From positions 1-27,748 of the forward strand of contig JANMKN010000336.1 in NCBI GenBank assembly GCA_031372065.1: a stretch of DNA of 27,748 nucleotides. The letters run 5' to 3'. This DNA is from Abditibacteriaceae bacterium (GTDB lineage: Bacteria; Armatimonadota; Abditibacteriia; Abditibacteriales; Abditibacteriaceae). The notes beneath the pieces are model-generated. The model saw only the letters and a program-made list of their open reading frames with translations. It did not search any database and had not been told where the DNA came from. A program made the position numbers and the translations under genes. Of this stretch, positions 1 through 8,876 are shown piece after piece (the first letter of the stretch is position 1; every line of letters begins with the position of its first letter).

Positions 1-35
1 AGCGCACGCAGCGGCTCTTTCTGACGACGGGACAT
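1..35 (-). CDS. N-terminal fragment of a putative IS630-family transposase (partial at window edge)
   Basis: ATG TCC CGT CGT CAG AAA GAG CCG CTG CGT GCG CT.. with an upstream RBS. Only about 12 codons are visible. Confidence 0.55.
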   Translation of the reverse strand, partial: MSRRQKEPLRA

Positions 36-140
36 CAAGACCTCCCCAGAATCAGTGCTCCGAAAATCTCTCTTCGCGACTGAGGATGAGTATCCCCCTC
101 CTTACAGGAAATGGCTACGCGCATCCCGGATGACCCACTA
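1..140 (-). mobile_element. Left end of a probable IS630-family insertion sequence, running off the window edge
   Basis: The minus strand reads TA-GTGGGTCATCC... from 140. A GGGGAGG RBS precedes ATG at 35, giving MSRRQKEPLRAL..., which I recall as an IS630-type transposase N-terminus. The TA at 139-140 fits the IS630 target dinucleotide. Confidence 0.6.
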
Positions 141-152
141 CTTTCTAAAACA

Positions 153-959
153 TCAAATCGTGGTAGAAGAAAAGCCGCCGTCAATGACTAAATTATGGCC
201 CGTGACGAAGCTGGAGGCTTTTTCGGAGGCTAAAAATACAACGGCGCCGGAGAGTTCTTCGGCTTTGCCAAAGCGCGCCATCGGGGTGTGGCCGAGGATT
301 TGTCCGCCGCGTTCGGTATAAGTGCCATCGTCTTTGAAAAGCAAGGCGCGGTTTTGCTCTGCGGGGAAGAAACCGGGCGAAATGGCATTGACGCGCACGC
401 CGCGTGTGGCCCATTCACGCGCTAAAAATTGCGTGAGATTGATAACGGCGGCTTTGGCCGCCGAATAAGCCACCACACGCGAAAGCGGAATCATGCCGGC
501 CATCGAAGCGATGTTTATAATACTGCCGTTGCCCGCCTCCAGCATCGCTTCGCCAAAGACCTGACAAGGCAAAAGCACGCCGCCAACAAGGTTCAAATCG
601 AACACTTCGCGCCATGCATCCAGTGACAAATTATGAAACTCGCTGCCCGGTGGCAAAGTGGCTTCGGGCCGATTGCCGCCCGCTGCATTAACCAAAATAT
701 CAATGAATTTATGCTCGCGGATAATCGAATTGCGCGCCCGCACCAGCGAATCGGAATTGGTCGCATCAGCCATCTGAAAATGCGCCTCGCCGCCCGCAAT
801 CACAATTTTTTTCATGCGTTCGGTGGCGTTTTTTTCGTTGCGGCCTATGATGATGACTTTGGCGCCCGCCGCTGCCAATGCCGAGGCCATGCCACCGCCC
901 AAAACCCCTGTGCCACCAATCACAACGGCGGTTTTGCCAGTTAAATCAAAGAGATCCAT
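153..959 (-). CDS. SDR family oxidoreductase (sugar-acid dehydrogenase, D-mannonate/gluconate oxidoreductase-like)
   Basis: GGTGVLG Rossmann motif, NAAG, catalytic YSAAK, VNAISPGFF. Start moved to MDLFDL (ATG at 959). Lies downstream of a KDG kinase gene. Confidence 0.9.
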   Translation of the reverse strand: MDLFDLTGKTAVVIGGTGVLGGGMASALAAAGAKVIIIGRNEKNATERMKKIVIAGGEAHFQMADATNSDSLVRARNSIIREHKFIDILVNAAGGNRPEATLPPGSEFHNLSLDAWREVFDLNLVGGVLLPCQVFGEAMLEAGNGSIINIASMAGMIPLSRVVAYSAAKAAVINLTQFLAREWATRGVRVNAISPGFFPAEQNRALLFKDDGTYTERGGQILGHTPMARFGKAEELSGAVVFLASEKASSFVTGHNLVIDGGFSSTTI

Positions 960-976
960 AATGCCTGCTTTGAAAA

Positions 977-1003
977 TAGGCCGCTGGCGAAGCCAGCGAC
1001 CCA
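977..1003 (-). terminator. GC-rich hairpin with short U tail between the kinase and SDR genes
   Basis: Minus strand TGGGTCGCTGGC-TTC-GCCAGCGGCCTA followed by TTTT. Confidence 0.45.
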
Positions 1004-1021
1004 TTCGTTGTTACTGAAAAA

Positions 1022-2104
1022 CTATCTCTGAATGCGGGCCGAGCCGCCTTGAGCAAAAGCGCGGACTTGTTCGACGCTTGCCATGGTTGTGTCGCCGGGA
1101 AATGTTGTCAAAAGCGCGCCGTGTGCCCAGCCGAGGCGAACGGCATCTTCGGGCGCTTCGCCGCTCATCAGGCCGTAGAAAAAGCCAGATGCGTAACCGT
1201 CGCCGCCGCCCACGCGGTCAATAACATCCAGTTCGCAGGTCGGCGTTTGATAGGTTTTGCCGTTAATCCACGCAACAGCGCCCCAACTGTGGCGATTGGT
1301 CGAATGCACCTCGCGCAATGTGGTCGCGACGATTTTGACTTGCGGATATTTTTTCGTCACGCCGTCCATCATGCCGAAAAACGCGCTCGGATCAAGTTTC
1401 GAGGCCGATTCGACATCTTGACCTTCGATGCCCAAACCTTTTTGCAAATCTTCTTCGTTGCCAACTAAAACATCAACGTGTTCGACAATGCGCGCGATGA
1501 CTTCAACGGCTTTATCCTGACCGCCCCAAATGTCCCACAATTTGGCACGGTAGTTCAAGTCGAATGAGGTAATTGCACCGGCGGCTTTAGCGGCTTTGAC
1601 GGCTTCGATAATCAACTCGCCCGTTGTTTCCGAAAGCGCGGCAAAAATGCCGCCGGAGTGAAACCAGCGCACGCCGCCACTGAAAATGGCATCCCAATCA
1701 AAGTCGCCGGGTTGCAATTGCGCGGCGGCTTCGTTGGAGCGATTGTAAAACACAACCGGGGCGCGCACACCTTGGCCGCGATCACTGTAAACCGTCGCCA
1801 TATTCGGGCCATTGACACCGTTGTGCTTGAACTTTTTATAAAACGGCGTCACGCCCATGGCGCGCACACGTTCGTTGATGAGGTCGCCAATCGGATAATC
1901 CACCATAGCCGACGCCACGCCGGTTTTCATGCGAAAACAATCGGCCAAATTCGCCGCGCAGTTGAATTCGCCGCCGCTGACGTGAATATCGCAATGATTC
2001 GCCTTGCGAAAGGGAATAATGCCCGGATCGAGACGATGCACCAGTGCGCCAAGAGAAAGAAAATCCAGTTTGCCTTCAGGCTTAATTTCAAAACCGTAAT
2101 CCAT
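1022..2104 (-). CDS. kdgK: PfkB-family sugar kinase, likely 2-keto-3-deoxygluconate kinase
   Basis: GGEFNCA, SFDLNYRAKLW, NEED and DRVGGGDGYASG PfkB signatures. C-terminal GGSARIQR is typical of this KdgK subgroup. Confidence 0.85.
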   Translation of the reverse strand: MDYGFEIKPEGKLDFLSLGALVHRLDPGIIPFRKANHCDIHVSGGEFNCAANLADCFRMKTGVASAMVDYPIGDLINERVRAMGVTPFYKKFKHNGVNGPNMATVYSDRGQGVRAPVVFYNRSNEAAAQLQPGDFDWDAIFSGGVRWFHSGGIFAALSETTGELIIEAVKAAKAAGAITSFDLNYRAKLWDIWGGQDKAVEVIARIVEHVDVLVGNEEDLQKGLGIEGQDVESASKLDPSAFFGMMDGVTKKYPQVKIVATTLREVHSTNRHSWGAVAWINGKTYQTPTCELDVIDRVGGGDGYASGFFYGLMSGEAPEDAVRLGWAHGALLTTFPGDTTMASVEQVRAFAQGGSARIQR

Positions 2105-2261
2105 TGATGTTCCTTGTTTGTGGTTGATTTCTGCGGTTGTTTATAGGCTACCGGACTAATGCAGGATGGGCAAGGCGTTATAACTCTATATGATAGTTGT
2201 CCTGAATGCTGCCACTTGAGTGCGCGAATTGCGGGCGGGCCTGCGCTAAAATAATCACATC

Positions 2262-2672
2262 GTGAACGTGCCAGATTCTAAAAATTCGCGCCGTGCCAGC
2301 CGCATATTTTTTGCGCTTGTTGTTTTAATTTTCGGCTACAGTTCGCGAAAATTCGGCGCGTTTTTGCCGCCGTTTCTTGCCGAATACGCGCCGGATGCGT
2401 TGTGGGCGCTGATGGCTTTCTTCCTCATCGCAGCGGCCAAACCACAGTGGACGCTCAAGCGAATCGGAATCGCGGCGCTGCTTTTTGCTTACACCATCGA
2501 AATCAGCCAAATTTATCAAGCGCCGTGGATAAATGCCGTGCGCGACACAAAAATCGGAGCGCTCGTTTTAGGCCACGGTTTTTTGTGGAGCGATTTGATT
2601 TGTTATGCTGTTGGCATCGGCTGCGGTGTTATCTTGGAATCTCTTGATTCTGGCGAACAAAAAACAGTATGA
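2262..2672 (+). CDS. DUF2809 (YjgA-like) membrane protein
   Basis: Hydrophobic 136-aa protein with YAPDALWA, IEISQIYQAPWINAVR and LVLGHGFLWSDLICY motifs. Confidence 0.8.
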   Translation: MNVPDSKNSRRASRIFFALVVLIFGYSSRKFGAFLPPFLAEYAPDALWALMAFFLIAAAKPQWTLKRIGIAALLFAYTIEISQIYQAPWINAVRDTKIGALVLGHGFLWSDLICYAVGIGCGVILESLDSGEQKTV

Positions 2673-3397
2673 AACCAACATTTCTTCCGACCCCAGCGCG
2701 TGGTGTGTGGCGCATTCGTTTGGCGTGGACGCAGGCTCATGTTTTGGCCGATGGCAACGCTTTTATGATCGTGGACAGCGGCACTTATTGGGAGCGATGG
2801 CAATTACTCGGCGCGCTCAAAGAAAGCCGCTTCACCAACTGTTGTGGCATTTTACTCACGCACGGGCATTGCGACCATGCGGGCAACGCGGCGTTTTTGA
2901 AAAAGCATTTCGCCGCGGCGGTTTTTGCGCACGAAAAGGAAGCACCGTTTCTTGAAACGCGGCGCACTTATGTGCCGCGCGGCCTGCGTGCTGTTTGTCC
3001 GCAAGGCGCGATGTTCGCGGGCGGCGAATTGGTTTATCCGGTGCCGCGCTTCTCTCTTGATCGTTATTTGCACGAAGGCGACGAAATCGAAACGCCAGCG
3101 GGAAATTGGCGCGTTTTGCACACGCCGGGACACACGCAAGGCCACATTTCGTTTTGGCGCGAAAGCGATGGCGCGCTCCTTTCTGGCGATGCGTTGCTCA
3201 ACATCGTTCCGTTTACGCAGCGCAATGGCATCAGCATTCCAGCGCCGCTTTTTAATGCGAGTGATGCTCAAGTTTTCAAGTCGGCACGGCGATTGGCGAC
3301 TTATGAGCCACGCGTTTTGCTGCCCGGTCACGGCCCGCCCGTAGCCGAGCAAACAGCGGCGCGAATTCATCAATATATCGCTACGCTGCGCTTTTGA
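2669..3397 (+). CDS. MBL-fold metallo-hydrolase
   Basis: THGHCDH (HxHxDH), HTPGHT, SGDAL and LPGHG motifs. ATGA overlap with the upstream gene. Confidence 0.9.
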   Translation: MKPTFLPTPARGVWRIRLAWTQAHVLADGNAFMIVDSGTYWERWQLLGALKESRFTNCCGILLTHGHCDHAGNAAFLKKHFAAAVFAHEKEAPFLETRRTYVPRGLRAVCPQGAMFAGGELVYPVPRFSLDRYLHEGDEIETPAGNWRVLHTPGHTQGHISFWRESDGALLSGDALLNIVPFTQRNGISIPAPLFNASDAQVFKSARRLATYEPRVLLPGHGPPVAEQTAARIHQYIATLRF

Positions 3398-3436
3398 CTG
3401 CAATTTAACGTTCAAAAACAACAAGGCGCACGGCGT

Positions 3437-3445
3437 TGTTATACT
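3437..3445 (+). promoter_or_regulatory. Putative extended -10 element upstream of lon
   Basis: TGTTATACT matches TGn-TATAAT with one mismatch. Confidence 0.4.
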
Positions 3446-3477
3446 TTGGGGTGTCCGCCTGCCGGAATCAATGAGTC

Positions 3478-3504
3478 GGGACTGTTTTTGCAGTCCCTTT
3501 TTTT
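3478..3504 (+). terminator. Intrinsic terminator-like hairpin upstream of lon
   Basis: GGGACTG-TTTTTG-CAGTCCC followed by T7. Confidence 0.7.
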
Positions 3505-3560
3505 GTCAGTAAAATTAACAAGCCTGTGGACTGCCTTTTTCAATCAACCAACTTTTCAAT

Positions 3561-6053
3561 ATGCCGACCAAAACATCTGCAAAAACATCTGTGAAGACAA
3601 CGAAAAAACCGACAAAAAGCGCTGCCAAAAAGCCAACGCGGCGCAAAAAAGCGGCGCCCGTTTTGAGTTTGCCCGCCGTGCCCTTGCGCGGCCTTGTGGC
3701 CTTTCCCAACATGGTGCTGCCGCTGTTTATCGGGCGCGAAAAATCCATCGCGGCGCTGCAAGAAGCGCAGGATGCCGGGCGCCCGATTTTGCTGGTGGCG
3801 CAGCGCGATGAAGAAAACGAAGAGCCCGCGCGCGAAGACCTCTACACTTTCGGCGTGTTAGCCGACGTGATGCAACTGCTGAAAATGCCCGACGGCAACG
3901 TGCGCGCCGTGCTGGAAGCCAAAACGCGCGCCCGCGTGCTAAATTTCACGCAGGAAGACCCGTATTTCGTCGCTGAACTCGAAGAAATCGCCGCGCCCAA
4001 GGCCGATTCATCGCCTGAAAGCGAAGCTATGCTGCGCCGCTTGAAAAGCGGCTTTGAAGAAGCGGTCAACCTTTCCAAAAGCATCCCGCCCGAAGCCGCG
4101 CAAAACGCGCAATCGCAAGACGAAATCGGCGCGGTTTCCGATTTAATCGTCAGCTTTTTGGAAATTCCCGTCACAGAACGCCAACGCATTTTGGAAATTT
4201 TAGAGCCTGCCGAACGTGCCCGCGAAGTAACCGAGTTACTCGCGCACGAAATGCAAATTCTGGAAATTGATCGCGAACTCGATTCGCAAGTGCGCGAAGG
4301 CATGAACGAAAGCCAGCGCGAGTATTTTCTGCGCGAGCGCATGAAAGCGATTCAAGAAAAACTCGGCGACCGCGATTCCTCTTTTCGCGAAGCGCAAACT
4401 TTGCGCGAGAAAATTGAAACCGTCGGCATGAGCGAAGAAGCGAAAACCAAGGCGCTCGAAGAAGTGGAGCGCATGGAAAAAATGCCGCCGATTGCTCCCG
4501 AAGTCGGCGTCATTCGCACTTATGTCGAACTGATGTGCGACCTGCCGTGGAACAAGCGCACCGACGATGTTTACGATTTGCATCATGCGCAAGCAGTGCT
4601 TGATGAAGACCATTACGCACTGGAAAAAATCAAAGACCGCATCATCGAATTTTTGGCGGTGCGCAAATTGAATCCACAATCGCGCGGGCCGATTTTGTGT
4701 TTTATCGGCCCGCCCGGTGTCGGCAAAACTTCGATTGGCAAATCCATCGCCCGCGCTTTGGGCCGCGAGTTTATTCGCGTTTCGGTGGGCGGCATTCACG
4801 ACGAGGCCGAAATTCGCGGCCATCGCCGCACTTATATCGGCTCCATGCCGGGCCGTCTTATCGCCGGAATGCGCCGCGTTAAAGTGAAAAATCCGGTGTT
4901 TATGCTGGATGAAATTGACAAACTCGGCAGCGACCATCGCGGCGATCCGTCCTCGGCGCTGCTCGAAGCGCTTGACCCCGAACAGAATACTTCCTTTAGC
5001 GACCACTATTTGGAAGTGCCATTCGATTTGTCCGAAGTGATGTTTGTCGCTACCGGCAACTTGCTTGACCCGATTCCCGCCGCGTTGCGTGACCGTTTGG
5101 AAGTATTGCGTTTTCCGGGTTACACCGAAGCCGAAAAACACACTATCGCTCGCCATTTCTTGATTCCTAAACAGATGAAGGAAAACGGCATCAAAGACGA
5201 AAATATCACGTTTTCCGATAACGGCGTGACGCAATTGATTCGCGATTACACGCGCGAAGCAGGCGTGCGCAATTTAGAGCGCGAAGTTGGCACTGTTTGC
5301 CGCAAAGTGGCGCGCGGCGTGGCCGATGAAAGCGTGCAAACGCAAATCACCATCGCGCCGGAAATTTTGCCGACCTATCTTGGGCCACGCCGATTTATTT
5401 ATGGCGCAGCGCAAAAAGAAGACGAAATTGGCGTCACGCAGGGCCTTGCGTGGACAGAAGTTGGCGGCGAAATTCTGCCGATTGAAGTTTCCTTAGTCGA
5501 AGGCAGCGGCAACACCAAACTGACCGGCAATTTGGGCCAGGTGATGAAAGAATCGTGCGAGGCCGCCATGACTTACGCGCGCTCGCACGCTGTTGCCCTT
5601 GGCATCGAAGGCGACTGGACAAAAAAACATGACGCCCATATTCATGTCCCATCGGGCGCCGTGCCCAAAGACGGCCCTTCGGCGGGCGTGGCGATTGCCG
5701 TGGCGCTGGTTTCGGCCATGACCGCACGCCCTGTGAAAAAAGAATTTGCCATGACGGGCGAAATTTCGCTGCGAGGCCGCGTTTTAGCCGTTGGCGGCAT
5801 CAAAGAAAAATTCTTAGCCGCCCACCGCGCCGGTCTGACAGACATCATTTTGCCCGAAGAAAACGAACGCGATTTGGATGACATTCCCAAAGAAGTGCGC
5901 GACGCGCTCACGTTTCACATCATCAGCGATTTAGGCGAAGCCATCAAATTAGCCTTAGCCAACGCCGCGCCCGCCGAAATAGTGAAAAAAGAAGAAACGC
6001 CGGACAACGTGGTGCTGGAAAAAGCCAAAAATTCGCGCAAGGCGAAGAAGTAA
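3561..6053 (+). CDS. lon: ATP-dependent protease La (Lon)
   Basis: LON N-domain (PLRGLVAFP), Walker A GPPGVGKT, Walker B FMLDEIDK, catalytic KDGPSAG serine and GGIKEK lysine. 830 aa. Confidence 0.98.
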   Translation: MPTKTSAKTSVKTTKKPTKSAAKKPTRRKKAAPVLSLPAVPLRGLVAFPNMVLPLFIGREKSIAALQEAQDAGRPILLVAQRDEENEEPAREDLYTFGVLADVMQLLKMPDGNVRAVLEAKTRARVLNFTQEDPYFVAELEEIAAPKADSSPESEAMLRRLKSGFEEAVNLSKSIPPEAAQNAQSQDEIGAVSDLIVSFLEIPVTERQRILEILEPAERAREVTELLAHEMQILEIDRELDSQVREGMNESQREYFLRERMKAIQEKLGDRDSSFREAQTLREKIETVGMSEEAKTKALEEVERMEKMPPIAPEVGVIRTYVELMCDLPWNKRTDDVYDLHHAQAVLDEDHYALEKIKDRIIEFLAVRKLNPQSRGPILCFIGPPGVGKTSIGKSIARALGREFIRVSVGGIHDEAEIRGHRRTYIGSMPGRLIAGMRRVKVKNPVFMLDEIDKLGSDHRGDPSSALLEALDPEQNTSFSDHYLEVPFDLSEVMFVATGNLLDPIPAALRDRLEVLRFPGYTEAEKHTIARHFLIPKQMKENGIKDENITFSDNGVTQLIRDYTREAGVRNLEREVGTVCRKVARGVADESVQTQITIAPEILPTYLGPRRFIYGAAQKEDEIGVTQGLAWTEVGGEILPIEVSLVEGSGNTKLTGNLGQVMKESCEAAMTYARSHAVALGIEGDWTKKHDAHIHVPSGAVPKDGPSAGVAIAVALVSAMTARPVKKEFAMTGEISLRGRVLAVGGIKEKFLAAHRAGLTDIILPEENERDLDDIPKEVRDALTFHIISDLGEAIKLALANAAPAEIVKKEETPDNVVLEKAKNSRKAKK

Positions 6054-6067
6054 AGGTATAAAGTCTT

Positions 6068-6508
6068 ATGAACAGCAAACAATCAAAAGCCAAGGCACTT
6101 AAGCGCCTTGGCTTTTACCTTTTGGCCTTTGGTTTCATTTGCATAGCGCTGTTTTTCGGCGCCTTCCTGATAATGGATGGCTTGGTTGATAATTCGCCGC
6201 CAGATATTCATGTGACTAAAGAAGTGGTTTCGCCGGATGGAAAAAATGTAGCTTCGTTTTATACAATTTCCGGTGGCGGCGCGGCGGGTTATGTTGTTAT
6301 TCGCTTGAAAATCCGACCCGCAAATCAAGTATTCAAATCCGATGAGAATTACATTTTTGAGATGCGCCACGGCGACGATATTGACTTAGAGTGGCGCGAC
6401 GATGATTATTTGATCGTGACTTATCCTATGGATGCCGATATTTATCGGCAACAAACAATTCAGGGAAAAATTAAAATCTCCTATGGCGGAAAAAAGCGCG
6501 TTTCCTGA
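6068..6508 (+). CDS. Membrane-anchored hypothetical protein (DUF5412-like)
   Basis: N-terminal TM helix, then SPDGKNVA...GGGAAG and a beta-rich remainder. More AT-rich than its neighbours. Confidence 0.7.
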   Translation: MNSKQSKAKALKRLGFYLLAFGFICIALFFGAFLIMDGLVDNSPPDIHVTKEVVSPDGKNVASFYTISGGGAAGYVVIRLKIRPANQVFKSDENYIFEMRHGDDIDLEWRDDDYLIVTYPMDADIYRQQTIQGKIKISYGGKKRVS

Positions 6509-6561
6509 ATTCTTTCGCATTTCTCCAAATCTCGCTTAGCAGAGCGCTCCAAATTATGCTT

Positions 6562-7812
6562 TCACAAACAGCGCCAGCCGATGTCGCGGCGATAGTGGGC
6601 GCCCTCGAAATGAATTTTTTCCACAGCTTTGTAACACGCTCCGCGTGCGGCATGAAGATCGTCGCCCAAAGCTGTGATGCCTAAAACGCGCCCGCCGTTG
6701 GTGACAACGGTTTCAGCGTTGGTTTTGGTGCCCGCGTGAAAGACAACGGCGCCGGTTTGCGCGGCTTCGTCGAGGCCGGAAATCGCGTCGCCTTTTTGGT
6801 AAGCGCCGGGATAGCCGTGCGAGGCCATAACCACGCAAACGGCGGCTCCTTTTGTCCAGTCGCAGGGCAATTCTTCGAGAGATTTTTCACCAATGCCCGC
6901 GCAGGCCATGAGCAGCGGCAACAAATCTCTTTGCAGGCGCGGCAAAATGACTTGCGTTTCGGGATCGCCAAAACGACAGTTGTATTCGAGAACTTTGAGG
7001 CCGTCTTTGGTCAGCATCAAACCGGCGTAAAGCGCGCCGCGATATTCGATGCCTTCGCTTTTTAAAGCGGCTAAAGTCGGCTCTAAAATGTCGCGCACGG
7101 CAATCTGATAAAGCTCTTCGGTCAGCGCCGGAACCGGCGAATAACAGCCCATGCCGCCCGTGTTGGGGCCGGTGTCGCCTTCGCCGACGCGTTTATGATC
7201 TTGCGCCGGAACAAGCGGCAAAATCGTTTTGCTGTCGGTCAAAGCAATGAGCGAGACTTCCTCGCCTTCGAGAAATTCTTCGACGACTAATTTCGGCGCG
7301 TCAAGTCCGGTTTGCATGGCAAACAAGGCATCCACGGCCTCTTCCGCTTCCACCAAATTTTGCGCGATGATAACGCCTTTACCGGCGGCGAGGCCATCGG
7401 CTTTAACGACAATTGGAAAACGCGATTCGCGCAGATATTCTTTGGCGCTGGCGGCTTCGCTGAAAGTTTCAAACGCGGCAGTGGGAATGTTATATTTTTT
7501 GAGAAGTTGCTTGCAAAAATCCTTCGAGGCTTCCAATTGCACGGCTTGTTGATTCGGCCCAAAAGCCGCGATGCCGCAAGCGTTTAATTGGTTAATTAAC
7601 CCTTCGGCGAGCGGCACTTCCGGCCCGACGACGACAAAATCGGCCTTTAAGCTTTGCGCCACAGAAAGCGCATCGCCACTGACGCATTGAGCGATTTGTG
7701 CCATGCCGGGGTTGCCCGGCACACAAAATAATTGCGAAATCAAGGGACTTTGCGCCAGTTTCCACGTTAGCGCGTGTTCGCGCCCGCCGCTGCCTACAAT
7801 CAGAACTTTCAT
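6562..7812 (-). CDS. purD: Phosphoribosylamine--glycine ligase
   Basis: MKVLIVGSGGREHAL, KADGLAAGKGV, GPNTGGMG, EYNCRFGDPETQ and TNGGRVL motifs. Confidence 0.98.
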   Translation of the reverse strand: MKVLIVGSGGREHALTWKLAQSPLISQLFCVPGNPGMAQIAQCVSGDALSVAQSLKADFVVVGPEVPLAEGLINQLNACGIAAFGPNQQAVQLEASKDFCKQLLKKYNIPTAAFETFSEAASAKEYLRESRFPIVVKADGLAAGKGVIIAQNLVEAEEAVDALFAMQTGLDAPKLVVEEFLEGEEVSLIALTDSKTILPLVPAQDHKRVGEGDTGPNTGGMGCYSPVPALTEELYQIAVRDILEPTLAALKSEGIEYRGALYAGLMLTKDGLKVLEYNCRFGDPETQVILPRLQRDLLPLLMACAGIGEKSLEELPCDWTKGAAVCVVMASHGYPGAYQKGDAISGLDEAAQTGAVVFHAGTKTNAETVVTNGGRVLGITALGDDLHAARGACYKAVEKIHFEGAHYRRDIGWRCL

Positions 7813-7897
7813 AACGCCCGCAGTTTATAAATCATCGGCCCGCAAAGTAACGGCGCGATGTTATAAATGCTGCGACAAATGTAAAGTTGCGCGGGTT

Positions 7898-8188
7898 TTA
7901 GCGAGTCTGCGTTTTGTATTGAGGATAACGCGCGGCAATCCGTTGAACTATAGCGGCGGTTTCTGGCAGTCTATCGGCGTCCTTTTGTTGCAGTGCAAAC
8001 CGTTGTTCCATGCCGTTTTGGTTTTGCCACTGCGAGTTTTGCTGACTCAAAAACTGTGCGCTGCCCCACAGGGTAATGGCGACCAAGGCGCCACTCCAGC
8101 ATAAAAGACGACCCGTATGAAACTCCTCCTGACAGATCGTCAGGTTAGAAAAATGATTGTCGTGTCCGGTTGAAAAACTGTGCATCAT
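7898..8188 (-). CDS. Small hypothetical membrane protein
   Basis: Strong RBS (AAAGGAG) before the ATG and one predicted TM segment. No family recognised. Confidence 0.55.
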   Translation of the reverse strand: MMHSFSTGHDNHFSNLTICQEEFHTGRLLCWSGALVAITLWGSAQFLSQQNSQWQNQNGMEQRFALQQKDADRLPETAAIVQRIAARYPQYKTQTR

Positions 8189-8346
8189 GCGCTCCTTTTT
8201 GGTTTGAATTAATGGGCTTCAAACCGCGAGTTACGCATTAAAGATTAGCGCGTGTTTATTAACGGCAAATTGCGGGCATAATAAGAGGTTTTAAGATTTG
8301 GCGCCTTATTGATAATTTCAATCATTATTATTGAGGTTACTGCGCA

Positions 8347-8859
8347 TTATTGTTCGTCTTGTTTCCAGTTATTATTCCAGTGACTTCCTGCTGTAATCCC
8401 ATAGCCTTGTAACACCCATCCATTTCCTTCTCTGGAAAAATAAAACGGCCCACCGTCCTGTCCGCCTTTGCCCGTATCTATCCAAACATTATTACCTTCT
8501 GCATCTTTTGGCACTGACTTTACTTTTTGAAAATCTACTTGTTTGGCCCAGTTTCGCCAAAGTCCCCACGGTTTTATTAAGGCGTCTGATTTGACACCCT
8601 TTGCAATCAGAAAATCGTAAGTTGTGAGTTCTGTTGCTCGATTTCCCTGCCAGTATTCGAGTTTCTCAACCATACCTTCTTCCGAAATTTGTCTCAACGT
8701 CTGCTTATCTTCATTAATCATGGCATTAGTCATGATACGAAAAGCCTCCACAGGAGTTTCGGGCAAACTCCTCTTTAGGATATTGTCGTTTATTAGTAAC
8801 GCAAAAAGAATGATGCAAAACGCCAACCCGGAAAATATATATACTTGCTGCTTTTTCAT
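8347..8859 (-). CDS. Membrane-anchored hypothetical protein
   Basis: AT-rich ORF. Start taken at MKKQQ (ATG 8859) to avoid overlap with the upstream gene. N-terminal hydrophobic anchor. Confidence 0.7.
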   Translation of the reverse strand: MKKQQVYIFSGLAFCIILFALLINDNILKRSLPETPVEAFRIMTNAMINEDKQTLRQISEEGMVEKLEYWQGNRATELTTYDFLIAKGVKSDALIKPWGLWRNWAKQVDFQKVKSVPKDAEGNNVWIDTGKGGQDGGPFYFSREGNGWVLQGYGITAGSHWNNNWKQDEQ

Positions 8860-8876
8860 TTGCACACTGTAAATGA

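Noticed and set aside
4236..5234. Long antisense and alternate-frame ORFs (also 12650-13354, 13355-13930, 23931-24794 and others)
   Set aside because: They are shadows of well-supported genes on the opposite strand and have no recognisable motifs.
7809..7866. attC-like site (CATAAC...GTTAT) or purine riboswitch upstream of purD
   Set aside because: There are no convincing L boxes or extrahelical-base pattern, no integron integrase, and no recognisable ZTP or purine aptamer.
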